Source of the DNA: Phaeosaccion multiseriatum
Taxonomy: Eukaryota > Protista > Ochrophyta, other classes
Assembly (NCBI GenBank): GCA_965112735.1
Contig: OZ218960.1
Location: 1,550,001-1,614,000 of the forward strand
Direction: 5' to 3'
Length of the DNA stretch: 64,000 nucleotides
Of the stretch, positions 23,917 to 37,031 are shown piece by piece. The position numbers were made by a program, and so were the translations under genes. Positions within the stretch are counted from its first letter, which is position 1; each line of letters begins with the position of its first letter. The notes below the pieces were generated by a model. The model searched no databases, was not told the DNA's origin, and saw nothing but the letters and a program-made list of their open reading frames with translations.

Positions 23917-26900
23917 CTCCTCTCGTTGTGTAGAGAGAGAGAGGGGAAGATCCTGCCTGCCTGCCCATATACCTACCCATAGGCCTCCCCATTTACCTCT
24001 GCCCATATACCTACCCATATGCCTCTGTCCATATACCTCTACCCATAGGCCTCTGCCCATATCCCGCTGCCCATATACCTCTGCCCATATTCCTCTGCTC
24101 ATATGCCTCTGCCCATATGCCTCTGCCCATATTCCTCTGCTCATATGCCTCTGCTCATATGCCTCTGTCCATATGCCTCTGTCCATATACCTCTACCCAT
24201 AGGCCTACCCATTCACCTCTGCCCATATACCTATACCCATAGGCCTACCCATATACCTCTGCCCATAAACCTACCCATAGGCCTCTTCCCATATGCCTCT
24301 ACCCATATACCTCTGCCCATAAACCTACCCATATACCTCTGTCCATAAGCCTCTGTCCATATACCTCTACCCATAGGCCTACCCATAGGCCTACCCATAT
24401 ACCTCTGCCCCTATACAATGTCTGTACCTCTGCCCTCATTGACTGACTGCAGCGCCTCACCTTTGTCCTTCGGCCGTCAAGACAGAGTTTGGCCCCTGCG
24501 TGCACCCCCTGCGTAATGAGTCGCTCCACTCGCCCCACGGCAGCCTGAAGGGGATGGGGGGGCAGGGGGAGAGGTGGGGAGGGGGTGAAGGAGGAACATG
24601 TGTTACGTACTGTTAAGTAATGAAGACCAGGTTGGGGGGGGGGGGGGCAAGCAGGGGCAAGCAGGGGCAAGCAGGGGCAAGCAACCCTCCAGGGAGTACA
24701 CAATGACAATGATGCTTTTCCTGCTTGTCCCTTCTTTCTCTCCTCTGTCGCTTGACTCTTTTCATCTCCCCCTCTCCCTCCTTCCCTCCCTCCCCCACCC
24801 CCACCCCACCCCACCTCACCCCCCCCCCTCCCTCCGCCCCTCCCTCCGTCCTTCCTTCCCTCCCTCCCCCCCTCCCTCCCTCCCTCCCTCCCTCGTTCCC
24901 TCCCCCCCCCCCCCCCTTCTCTTACCTCCGATATCAACGGTCCCACGTCAGTATTGGGGTCCATGCCCCCCCCAACCCTGAGCCCCTTTGCTGCAGCAAC
25001 AAGGTCGTCCATCATGCCCTCTGCCTCCCCCACAAACACCGCCACGGAGAGCGCCATACAGCGCTGACCCGCAGCACCGAAGGCCGCCCCTGAACATGTA
25101 AGGGAATTGCATGCATTTAGGAATGCCATATAATAAAAGTCAGTGAAAAGGTCCTTTCAATAAAGGGGAACACATGTACTGCTGGTCCCGCGAGCTTTGG
25201 CGGTTTGGTCTCTAATGGAGCGTGTCGATGTCGATATTGAAAATAGATCGGCATTGAGATACAGATGATTGAGGCAAACAAACAAACCTGAAATTGAACC
25301 TGCACTGCACCCGAAACCGACAAAGTGAACTGGCAGCTGACACTCACCGACGAGGGCCTTGACAGTCGCTTCTCGGTCTGCATCGGGCATGATGACGGCA
25401 TGATTCTTGGCACCGAGGTTGGCCTGCACTCGCTTGCCTGTTCGGGTCGCTCTGAGGGAAGGAGGGGAGGGGAGGGGGAGGGAAGGGGAGGGTGGGATGA
25501 ATCAATGAATTGATCAATCAATCAATCGGAATGAATCAATCAATTGATCAATCAATCAATCGGAATGAATAAATGAATTGATGAATCAATCAATCGGAAT
25601 GAATAAATGAATTGATGAATCAATCAATCGGAATCATCCACTCGACGCCCCCCCTCCCTCCCCTCTCCTCCCTCCACCCACCGATCAAAGATGTGTTCAC
25701 CAGCGCTGTTGCTGCCCACGAAGGAGATGGCCTTGACCTGCGGCGAGTTCAGTTCACAAGTCATTGAAGGAGTGGTTTCAGTTTCACTTCAGAGCACCCT
25801 TCGAGCACAATTTCAGTTTAGGACCCTTTTTTTATCCTTCGTGACTGGGCACCAACATTTCACATGTTTGTGACAACACATTAACAGATAAACATATACG
25901 ATACGATACATTATACAAGCAATAACATGATACACTCATGGTATACAGAAACTAAACTCCAACCTCCCAACTGAACCTCCAAGTCCAAAAGTCCAATAAA
26001 CTGAAACTCGCACCTCCTTGGCGTCGCAGAGGAAGTCAACGGTTCTGTTCTCCCCATGAATCACGTTCAGCACCCCGGGGGGTAGTCCTGCCTTCACTGT
26101 CAGCTCGGCTGATGGATGGCAGTAGATGGGGGGGGGGGGGGGTGTAAGGACAAGAGGGTAGGCAGGGGAGGGTGTCAGGAAGGACGCTCGTACATACACA
26201 CACACAAATGCACACGCACGCGCGCACGCACACAATATACACACATACACACACGTACACTGTCTCCTCTGCTCTGCTTCCTCCATCACTCTTCCCTCCC
26301 CCGCCCCTCTCTCTCCCCCCTCCTTGCTGCCTCCTCTGCTCTGCCTCCACCCTCCCTCCCTCCCTCCCTCACCCCCTCTCTCTTCTCCTTCTCTGAGGCA
26401 AGCCCGATGCCTCCCACCCAGTCACTCACCGAGCATCATCATCGCTCCAGGAACTTTCTCTGACGGTTTCAGAACCTTAACGTCAGGAGGCGGAGGCGGA
26501 GGAGGAGGAGGAGGAGGAGGAGGAGGAGGAGGAGGAGGAGGAGGAGACAGACCGCAGGACGGCAGTGGATGGCAATGCTTTGTTGTCAGGGGCAGGAAGG
26601 GAACGATTCCGACATGAATCGGTTGGGCTTAGTCGGACGGGGGGGATGGCAGCTGATGGGGTATGTGTGAGTAGGGCATGGGGCTTTCTCTTACCATGGT
26701 GTTTCCCGCCACAATCGCTAGGGGAAACATCCACTGATTGCGTGCGTGCGTGCGTGCGTGCGTCCGTGCGTGCGTGCGTGAGGAGAAGCGAGGAACGCAG
26801 CACGGGCGGGTGATACTCGTCAGCGGCAGAAGGGTTCTCAAGGGGGGGGGGAATGCCTTCCCTCCCTCTCTCATTCACTCACTTACTCAGTCACGCACTC

Positions 26901-29900
26901 CCTCCCTCCCTCCCTCCCCCCTCACTCACTCACTCACTCACTCATTCTTCCCTCCTCACTCACTCATTCACTCACTCACTCAGTCACGCACTCACTCACT
27001 CACTCCCTCCCCCCTCACTCACTCACTCACTCACTCGCTCACTCACTCCCTCACACACACACTCCCTCACTCATTCACTCACTCACTCACCATCGGGATC
27101 ATGGCAGGGAAGTTGAAAGGGCAGATCCCCGCAGTCACTCCGAGAGGCTGGCGAAAGCTCACCTGTATTGCCGGTGAGGTCATCAGATCAGCAGCAGTTG
27201 GTGATACAGCAGAGAGTGATTTTGTTAGGTCACAGTGTAAGAGGGTCGAGAGTGTAGGAGAGAGTGAAAAAGTGTCGAGAGAGTGTAAGGTCATCGATTG
27301 TTAAAGCGTCGAGAAAACCGGGCTGGCGAAAGCTCGCCTGTAAGTCAGATGAGCAGTAGCAGCAGCAGTTGGTGATACAACAGTGAGAGCAGGACACACG
27401 CGAAGGGGGGGAAGGGGGGATGGCAGCTGAAGGGCGGGGGGGGGAACCTTCAAGGCCTCATCCAACGTGCGTGTGTGTATGTGTGTGTGTGTGTATGTGT
27501 ATGCATGCATGTGTGTGAGTGTGTGTGTGTGAGCGCGTGTGTGTGAGTGTGTGTATGTGTATATGTATGTGCGTGTGTGCATATGCATGTGTGTGAGTGT
27601 GTGCGTCACGTACGGTGTCGAGATGTTGCGCCAAGCCCCCCAGGGTCTCGCCCATGAGAGAAGGTGCAACCCCACACGCCGCCTCCACCACTGCGAAGAC
27701 AGAGTGTCAGGACAGAGGGGTCCGGGGTGTCAGGACAGAGGTCAGGACAGAGGGGTGAAGAGTGTCAGGACAGAAGGGTGAGGAGTGTCAGGACAGAAGG
27801 GTGAGGAGTGTCGGGATAGGGGGAGGGTGTCAGGACAGAGGGAGGGTGTCAAGACAGACGGAGGATGTCAGAACAGAAGAAGGGTGTCAGCACCTGACCG
27901 ACTCTATGCAATGGCTTACAGTTACGCGGTTAACCAAAAAAAATTATTTCATCAATATCGAGTCCATAAATGAAATCGAAATCGAAAGCTTCTGTGCTTA
28001 CTCCAATGGAGTCGCGTCTGAAGACTCAACTCCCCCTCCCGCCCTCTGTAAAACCGAAATTCAAAACTCACCCTCGAGGCCTCTGAAAACGTCGCCCCTT
28101 GCATCCTCGAGGGTTTTGCCGTTCTCTATGGTTATCCGCTGGGCAAGCTCAGGCGTACTCTCTCTACATACAGCAGACAGGAAAGAGGAAGGGAGGCGTG
28201 GTTCGAGGCATATGGGGAGAGGGCGAGAGGGTTAGAGGAGTATGGGGCGGGGAGGAGAGGGATAGAGGCATATCGCACGGGAAAGTACATGCCCCCTCTG
28301 GTACCATCTGCGCTGCCGAACGGCGAAGAAGTGTGCCCGCCCTGGGGGTACTCCCCAGACGCGTCAAAGAACAAAGAATGGCGATGAACACAGTGACTGT
28401 AACTGTATGTGACTGTATGTAACCGTATGTAACTGTATGTAACTGTGTATGTACCCTTACGTACCGAACTAGCCGCTGCAACTTGAGCATGATCCTCTGT
28501 CTCTGTTGCACCGGCACATGTCTCCACGTCTTGAAAGCGGTCTGCAGCAGTTGGTGATACACAGACAGCAGTTGCCGATATGACAGTTGGCGACACAGCA
28601 GTTTATCAAACAGCAGTTGGTGATACATCAAAGCTCTCTCTCTCTCTCTCTACTCCTTCTCTACTCAGTAGCCTCAAGGCGTGCCTGTCCACCGTATGGC
28701 AGCCCCTCGCCCCCCGCCCCTCACCATATGCCTCCACCATATGCCTCCCAGTCCCTCCCCATAGGCCTCTCTTTGCTCTCCCTATCTACCGGCCTCTCTT
28801 CCCCCCCCTCTCTCCCTCTCGCTTCATCTCTCCCTCCCCTCAGGCCTCCGATGTCCCTCCCTCCTGCCCCTCCCCCCCCCCTCACCACCACCTATTTGCC
28901 TCTACTCTCCCCCCTTCCCTCTGCCTGTCTCCCTCCCCTTTCCCTCTCTCCTTTCTCCCTCTCTCCCTCCCTCGCTCCTTCCTTCCTTCCTTCCTTCCTT
29001 CTCTCTCCCTTTCTCCCTCTCTCCCTCCCTCTCTCCTTCCCCGTCTGCTGCCTGCCTGCCTGCCTCTCACCTCTGCGGCAGCCACGGCTGCTTCCATCTC
29101 CTCTACAGTGCTGTGGGGCACGGCACATACGAGCTCCTGAAGTCAAAGGGAGGGGGGGGGGCGAGGCTTAGTCACTCACACATCAAGAACAGGGGAAACT
29201 CTATTACTATTGCTACTCCTCCTCCTCCTCCTCCTCCTCCTACCACTATACCACCACCACCACCACCACCACCACCATCACCATCACCACCACCATCTCC
29301 ACCATCAACAGCATCAACCATCACAATCACCGCCACCACCATCACTACATCACTACCTCCACTACTACTACTGAGGAGGGAGTCAAATCGGCGTACTTGT
29401 GTGGCCGGGTTGAGCACGTTGGTCCACTCCGACGTGCTGGAGGCCTGAGCCTGACCTCCGATGAAGTTCGAGACACGGGACTGGGGGAGAACGAAGCGAC
29501 AAAGGCGGGAGGGGTGTGGGGGGGGGGGTGAGTAAGTAGAGAGACACTTAGAAAAGAACAAAGCGACACTCACTCACGCACGCACTGACTCGAAGACAGA
29601 AGTGAGAGAGTGGTGGGGTAGGGTGGGGGGATGAGGTGTGTGTGTGTGTGAGTGAGTGAGTGAGTGAGTGAGTGAAGAGCGGCTTCTTAAGGAGAGAGGG
29701 GGCGGGGTTGGTAGTGGAAGCATGGATGCGTTTGTGGATAGAGAGAGAATAGAGGAGGACGATGAAGCGACACAAGCGGGAGCGAGAGAGCGGAGGGCGA
29801 GGGGAAAGGGGGGGTGGAGTGGGGTGTGTGTCAGTGAGTAGAGAGCTCACTCCCAGAAGAACTCTTCAACAACAAAAGACAGAGCACAGGAACCGCGTAC

Positions 29901-30023
29901 CGGTGTTGAATAGTACCGAATACGGGCTCCTTGTAACCTCCCTCCTGCCGCTGTGCTTCTTACTCTAGCTGTCGCCCTACTGCTGAGCTTTCTACCCGCC
30001 CTCCATACGAAGGAAGGAGGCAT
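22219..30023 (-). CDS. ALDH6A1: Methylmalonate-semialdehyde dehydrogenase (CoA-acylating), mitochondrial; 17 exons
   Basis: Exons 30023-29901, 29480-29397, 29136-29071, 28541-28465, 28163-28072, 27690-27614, 27162-27091, 26733-26695, 26475-26430, 26108-26014, 25737-25682, 25451-25348, 25089-24926, 24544-24461, 23775-23607, 23441-23374, 22446-22219. Motifs [35 protein letters not shown], catalytic [15 protein letters not shown] and [11 protein letters not shown]; Arg-rich transit peptide [22 protein letters not shown]. Confidence 0.95.
22997..23356. repeat. (GAGT)n tract in the last ALDH6A1 intron
   Basis: Direct reading. Confidence 0.9.
23960..24415. repeat. Degenerate ~13-15 bp repeat (cctctgcccatat) filling an ALDH6A1 intron
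   Basis: Direct reading. Confidence 0.85.
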
Positions 30024-30279
30024 CCCCTGAAACCTCTCCGAGAGGCTGCTCCTTCGATATAAAATTTCTGCTCTGGACCTTGACAGTAAACCAACAAAGA
30101 GGAAGTGGACACAACGCCTATGACCACATCAGTCCAGCACAAGACAAAGAAATGTTGCTGGCCAATAAGAAGAGGAAAGAGCAGCCTTCGAGGAAAGCCG
30201 TTTACCATCTGTGAGTAGAGAGTATTACAACTTTCAAAGGGACAATACAATAAATAAGTAATAAGTCAATAAACCACAC

Positions 30280-32474
30280 TTAGCTGACTTTCACACCACC
30301 ACCACCCCCACCCTTTGTGGCGCCGCTATTTTTCCTACTGCTGCTACTCCTACTCCGACTCCTATTCCTCCTCGGCGACCGCACAGTCGCGAGGACGTGC
30401 GGAGAGGCCTTCCACACACCCGTCATATAGCAAACACGCACACACAGCATGTCCCTCAGCATGCACAGAGGCATGGTGATCACGTCTAGCTTGGATGAGA
30501 TGAGTTTCGAACCTGGGACTTCCTCCCAGTTCACCTCCACCTCCTGGATGTGTGTGTGTGTGTGTGTGGGTGTGGGTGTGTGTGGGTGTGTGTGGGTGTG
30601 TGTGTGTGTATGTATGTGCGTGTGCGTGTGTGTGTATGTACGTGCGTGTGTGTATGTATGCACGTGTGTGTGTATGTCGGTATGTCGGTGCAGGGGTACG
30701 TCACGGGGAGGAGGGTGGGGAGAAGGAGGGTGGGGGGGGGGGGAGGAGGAGAAGGAGCGAGGGGGGAGGAAGGGGAGAAGGAGGAGGAGGAGGGGGGGGG
30801 GGTGGGAGGAGGAGGAGGAGGAGGTGGAGGAGGTGGAGGAAGAAGAAGAAGAGGAGGAGTGGTGATCAGGGGTGCAGGATTGTAAACAGTGGAAACCATC
30901 GAGGTAAATTTTTCTCTGCTGTGGTGGTCTGATGCCAGACGCTTCACCAAGCCTACGGAGCTCAGTCACAGGGCTCTGAGTCACAGGGCTCGGTTCGGGC
31001 TGCAACGGCGTCAAATCGGCCTCTCCGACTGTCACGCCAGCCCGGGGGTCGCTTCGTCCCTCTCTTCTTTCCCGCTCCCCCTCCCTCTCTCCCTCCCTCC
31101 CTCCCTCCCTCCCTCCCCTTCCTCCCCTCCCTCACCGTCATCGGAATGTCGAGAATCTCGCAGAGATGCACAAGCTCAATGTCGAAGGCCCATCGCTCGA
31201 GATGGATGGAGTCGAAGAGGACATAGGCGCTGTCTCGTGTAAAGAGCTTGAAGCCGCATTGGGTATCCCGGATGGTCCTGCCGTTACGGTCGTTACACAA
31301 GTACATATGCCCATACAGAGAGAGGAGGAGAGAGGGCAGGAGGAAATAGAGCGCGAGAGGGGGGCAGAGATAAGAGGGGGAGAGGAGATCATGACATAGA
31401 GAGCGAGAGAGAAGAGAGAGAGCAAGGGGGGAGAGAGAGGGAGAGGGAGAGAGAAAAACGAAGGAGGAAAGGAGAGCAAGGAAGGTTCCAAGGAAGGTTC
31501 GTAAGAGTTTACTTCCGTCAGAGCGGCCACGTAGGAAAGGGGTGGAGCAGGCACATCCAACCCTACGCACCCCCCATCCCCCCCCCCACACACATGCGCA
31601 CACATGCGCACACATACGCACACTCATGCACACACGAACACACATGCTCACACACGCACGCACACACGCACACACATGCACACGCACACACGCACACACG
31701 CACACACGCACACACACACGAACGAACGGACCTGCTGCACAGGATTGACACTGCAAGGTGAAAGCCGTTCATCATCAGCGTGCGGTACCACGACCTCTGA
31801 ACAAGGGGGGGGAGGAGGGGAGGGAGGGGAGGGGAGGGGAGGGAGGAGGGGAGGGAGGGGAGGGAGGGGAGGGAGGAGGGGGGGGGAAGAGGAGGGGAGG
31901 GGAAGAGGAGGGGAGGGGAAGAGGAGGGGAAGAGGAGGGGAAGAGGAGGGGAAGAGGAGGGGGGAGAGGAGGGGAGGAGGAGGGGAAGAGGAGGGGGAAG
32001 AGGAGGGGGAGCGGAAGGTCAGGCGTCGGGTCGGGTTGTGGCGCGTGAGGGAAGTATGCCTCCACTTGACAAGGAGGGAAGGGCTATAGGCGTGCATGTG
32101 TGTGTGTGGTGTGCGTGTGTGTGGGTGGGTGTGTGCGTGTTATTCCCTCTTACTTTTGCCACTGCCTCTGACTGCAGGTGTGCTCGACTGCCCATGGCCA
32201 CGCCGAAGCGTCCGTTGCCCTGCCCCATGAGCCGCTCAGTCTCTCTTAGGCGCTCCAGCAACCGCGTGGCGTCATCTATTTGAGTCGCTCTGTTCATTGC
32301 AAGGAGGAGGAGAAGGAGGAGGAGGAGGAGGAGGAGGAGGAGGAGGAGGAGGAGAAGGAGGAGGAGGAGGAGGAGGAGGAGGAGAAGGAGGAGAAGGAGG
32401 AGGAGGAGGAGGAGGAGGAGGAGGAGGAGGAGGAGGAGGAGGAGGAGGAGGAGGAGGAGGAGGAGGAGAAGGAG

Positions 32475-32509
<35 letters not shown>

Positions 32510-32593
32510 GAGGGGCAGAAAAACTTTAGGACCAAGGCTTGCACTAGTGAGCGGAAGCCCAAAGGAAACACGCCCGTACACACGCAAGTACCC

Positions 32594-32653
<60 letters not shown>

Positions 32654-32980
32654 GCGCGCGCACACACACGCACACACACACGCACACACATACACACGCA
32701 CACACATACACACGCACTTCTCCCCTTACCCGTCGCCATCGGCCATGAGGCCGTACTCCCCCCGCATACGGAGCATCCCCTTACGGACAGCGGCACCTTT
32801 GCCCTGTGAGAGGGGGGGGGGTGATGGCGAGGGACGGGCATCACAAGGTACGACACATCACAAGTGATCGGCATGGAAGGTATGAAAGGGGGCGGATCGG
32901 ACAGGGGGAGGGGGGCGAAACAGAAGAGGGCGACGGAGGGAGGGGCGAACGAGGCGAGAAAGGGGAGAGAGATAAGAGAG

Positions 32981-33014
<34 letters not shown>

Positions 33015-33562
33015 CGAGAGGAAGAAGACAGACTGCTATAGACTGCCATCTGGCCCTTGTGGGCCGTGCAGTGCGTCCACCGCTCATGTTCGTGGCCTCA
33101 CGCGTTGGCCCTCCTCCTCCTCCTCCTCCACCTCCTCCTCCTCCTCCTCCTCCTCCCACCTCTCCCCTCCTCCCCCTCCTCCTCCATTCTCTCCCCTCCC
33201 CCCTTCTCTCCCCTCCTCCTCCTCCTCCTCCCTCCTCTCCCCTCCCCCCTCCCCCTCCTCCTCCTCCCTCCTCTCCCCTCTCCCCTCCCCCTCCTCTCCC
33301 CTCCCCCTCTCGTCCCTCTCCTCCTCTTTGCCTCCCCTCCCCCCATCCCTCCCCCCCTCCCCTCCCTCCCTCCCTCCCTCCCTCCCCTCGCCCCTCCGTA
33401 CCTGGTTGCCGTGCAGTCTACACAGCCTCACCACGTCTGTTCCGTAGCGCTGCACATAGCCATACACCACCCCGGCAGTGTCGTCGCTGGATCCGTCGTC
33501 CACCACAAGCACCTCGTAGGTAAAGCTCCTTGTTTGGGGTGCAGCGGGACACCCAAGCAGGG

Positions 33563-33600
<38 letters not shown>

Positions 33601-35021
33601 ATACCCAAGCAGGGGAAAGGGGCACCCAAAACAAGGGCAGAGAATACACGCGCAAGGGCAGGGTCGGGGGTTGGTGCGACCCGGGAGGGGGAGAATGGTA
33701 TACACGCTAATCAGAGGCAGGAGCAGGAGTCAAGGATAGGGGATACCCAAGCAGGGGAAGGGGTGAGGGACAGGGGGAAGGTGGGGAAGACTCACTCGTC
33801 CTTCTTGTGCTGCCCCTCCAGGTAGGCCAGCGTGTCATCCATCATGGATGGCAGCCGATCTCGCTCGTTGTAGGCAGGAATGACCACACTCAGGACCTTG
33901 GTGGGGGGGGCGTCGAGGCGGGGGAAGGCTGTAACGCGCTCACGAGAGGTTTCGCTGTTGTGGTTGTTGGAGGGGCGAAGGAGACAAAGGTAGGGATTAG
34001 GGGAGCGGGGAGGGGGAGGGGGAGGAGGAGGAGGAGGAGGAGGAGGAGGAGGGGAGAGGTGGGAGAAGGAGGAGGGGGAGGAGGAGGAGGTGGAGGAGGA
34101 GGAGGAGGAGGAGGAGGAGGAGGAGGAGGAGGAGGAGGAGGAGGAGGAGGAGGAGGAGGAGGAGGAGGAGGAGGAGGAGGAGGAGGAGGAGGAGGAGGAG
34201 GAGGAGGAGCAGCAGCAGCCGTCAGGAGGGGTGCTCAACTTTCACACAGGAAAAACACTGAAGTCCTGCCCTATACAGAAACCGAAAGCTCTCTTCCCAC
34301 TCGCTCACTCACTCATTCACTCATGCACCACTCACTCGCTCACTCACTCACTCGCTCGGCCATCACTCACTCACCTCCCCCCTGGCTCCTGCCTAAACAC
34401 ATCCTCACTCGGGTGCTCCATTCGATTCCTCCTGTTCGCGACAAGGAAAGGATGCAGCAGCCACATGACGCCTCTATATAGCCCTAGCAGTAGGACTACA
34501 GTCACTGCAGCTATTTGGGGCCCCTCCAGCCGTCCCGATGACATTGCCGACAAGCCCCCTCCGCCTCCTCCCTTGCTCCCCACGCTGCTGCTGCTACCGA
34601 CCTTCCACTGAAACTTTGCAGGAATGAGATCACCTACTGCCAGCGCGAATATGGATCCCTTCTGCTGTTGCTGCTGCTGCGCCGAGACGAAGGAGGGGGG
34701 GGAGCAGCTGCTCGCCCCGAGAGGCGGCTGCTCCTCCTCCTGCCGCTGCCCCTGCTGCCGATGCTGCCGCGCCCGCCCGTGGCCTCTCCGGACAAGGGAG
34801 AATGAAGCAGAAACCACTGACCGAAGCCTGTTACTCGTCCCCTCCTGTGTTTTGCTGGTGATGCTGCCGTTCGCAAAAGGACTCCAACGGTGCTGGTGTT
34901 TCCCCAGCTTCAACGGCTGCAAATTTCCTCGCCGTCGCGCAGCCTCCCTCACTCTCGCGACTGCTGCTACTCCTTTTCGTTCTACTCTGAAGGATGCTGG
35001 GACGAATGATGCGATCCTCAT
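30280..35021 (-). CDS. ALG5: Dolichyl-phosphate beta-glucosyltransferase (GT2), 8 exons
   Basis: Exons 35021(or 34544)-34375, 33954-33796, 33528-33402, 32803-32730, 32289-32154, 31796-31732, 31277-31136, 30543-30280. Motifs [62 protein letters not shown] and [11 protein letters not shown]. Confidence 0.93.
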
Positions 35022-35167
35022 AGAGATGGAACAAAACAATGGGGGAGCACAAAAACCTAAACCTTTGTTTTTGGCCGTGTGTTGCCATCTGGACAGCTCC
35101 TGTTCCCGATCTTCCGTTGCCTGCTGTTATTATGCCACGATTTTGAAACTTTCGACAACTGTCTCAA

Positions 35168-36973
35168 ATGAAGCAAGGTCTTGCTAGCTTGCTCGCATTG
35201 GCGTGCTGCCTTGTCTGCAAGCCGACATGGTCATCAGCATTTGTTTCTCCTCCCGTATGTAGCAGCAGTAGCAGCAGGATGATGACCTCGAAGCGTGGCA
35301 CCAGCCCAACGATGATGTCGAGCTTAGCAGCAACCGCAGGGGGGCTGCCCAAGTACGAAACGCTCTCCACGATTGACGTACTTAGGGCGGACACAGGGGC
35401 TGCCGTGAAAGTCACAGATGCTTGGAAGCCTCGCCAAGGTGCCCCGGTGAGTGGGTAGAGAGGAGACGTGGCATCGTTAAGAAGAGATCACCGAAAGTGG
35501 GAGGGTAGAGATACATTGATAAAGTGACCCCTTCTTTACAGATACCAGTGTGGTGTAGAGCATAGAGTAGAGAACACATAATGGGGAGGAAGGCTTATCC
35601 TCCCTATCTCTCTCTCTCTCTCTCTCTCTCTCTGACAATTGGGATGGCTTGCTTCTCTGGCTCCTTTCCTCGCTCGCACACAACAGGTTGTCGTAGCCTT
35701 CTTCACGCACTTCGGTGACTTCAACAGGTATCAATGCTCTCGTCGCTATTGTTCTCTATTCTATGCGCACCACTCCCTTTGAAAAAGAGGCCGCACTTAC
35801 TAATCAGTGTCTCTCGTCGTCAACAGTTGGGAGCTGGCCCAGAAGCTTGTTTTCAACAACGACGAGATAGAGAGACGCGGTGCCACGGTGGTAGGCGTGG
35901 GGATTGGAACGCTGGAGGGAGCCCGGCTATTCTCCAGGGAGACTGGGTTTCCTCTGGATCAGCTTCTTGTCGACACCGACGGGACTGCCTACAAAGCCCT
36001 GGACTTCTATCAGGGCTTCCAGGGCGGGGGCCTTCCTGTGCCCTCACCTTACTTAAAATTGCTGCCCATGCTGGCAGGCATCGGCTCGCCCGGGACGATC
36101 AGAGAGGTAAGTTGGTACTGACACATGTACAAGGAGAGAGAGAGAGAGGGAGAGAGGGCTAGGAAAAAGAGAGCGGAAAAGAGACACGCAGAGAGAGAGA
36201 GAGAGAGAGAGAGAAAGAAAGACCTGTGCCTTTGGGTTTGTGTTTCATGCTCGTGGAAAATGGACAACACACACCCATTGGTTTGCTGCAAGCTTTACTG
36301 GTGGGCTTTCGTGTGGTTGGATTGACCTTGCTTGCCTCTTCTCTTCTTGCCCAGGAGGGAAGGCTATCGTAGGTACCACCTAAGGGTAGATTGAAGAAGC
36401 TTTGGAGGGAGAAGGCTACGCTCGACATATAGCTTACCCTCACTTCTCCTTCTCGTGCCACCACTCTGTCCCCCTCCTGCTCCTCCTCCTCCTCCTCCTC
36501 CTCCTCCTCCTCCTCCTCCTCCTCCTCCTCCTCCTCCTCCTCCTCCTCCTCCTCCTCCTCCTCCTCCTCCTCCTCCCCTTCCTCCTTCTCCTACTCCTCC
36601 TACTCCTCCTCCTCCTCCCCCCACACTACCTCCTCCTCCCTACCACTCCCAACAATTATCCTCAAAAGGTTCTCAAGGGATACACTGGAGACAGAGGGGC
36701 GGATGCAGCGTGGACAGGCTCAGTGCTATCGGGAATGGTCCAAAAGGAGCGATTCGACTACCTCGGCACCAAGGGGGCGCGGCCCTTTGAGGTCGCCACG
36801 GTCCGCCTGCAGAACATGGTGAAGATTGTCAAGCAGTGGCCGACCCTCTCCCCTCCCGACAAGGTACCACATTACATGACGTTACATGTCTGCGGGGAGT
36901 TTAGTAGTCACCTAAGAAACTGAAAGTGTCTGTGTATGCGGGGAGTGGGAGGTGGGAGGGCGAGCGAGTTATC

Positions 36974-37031
<58 letters not shown>

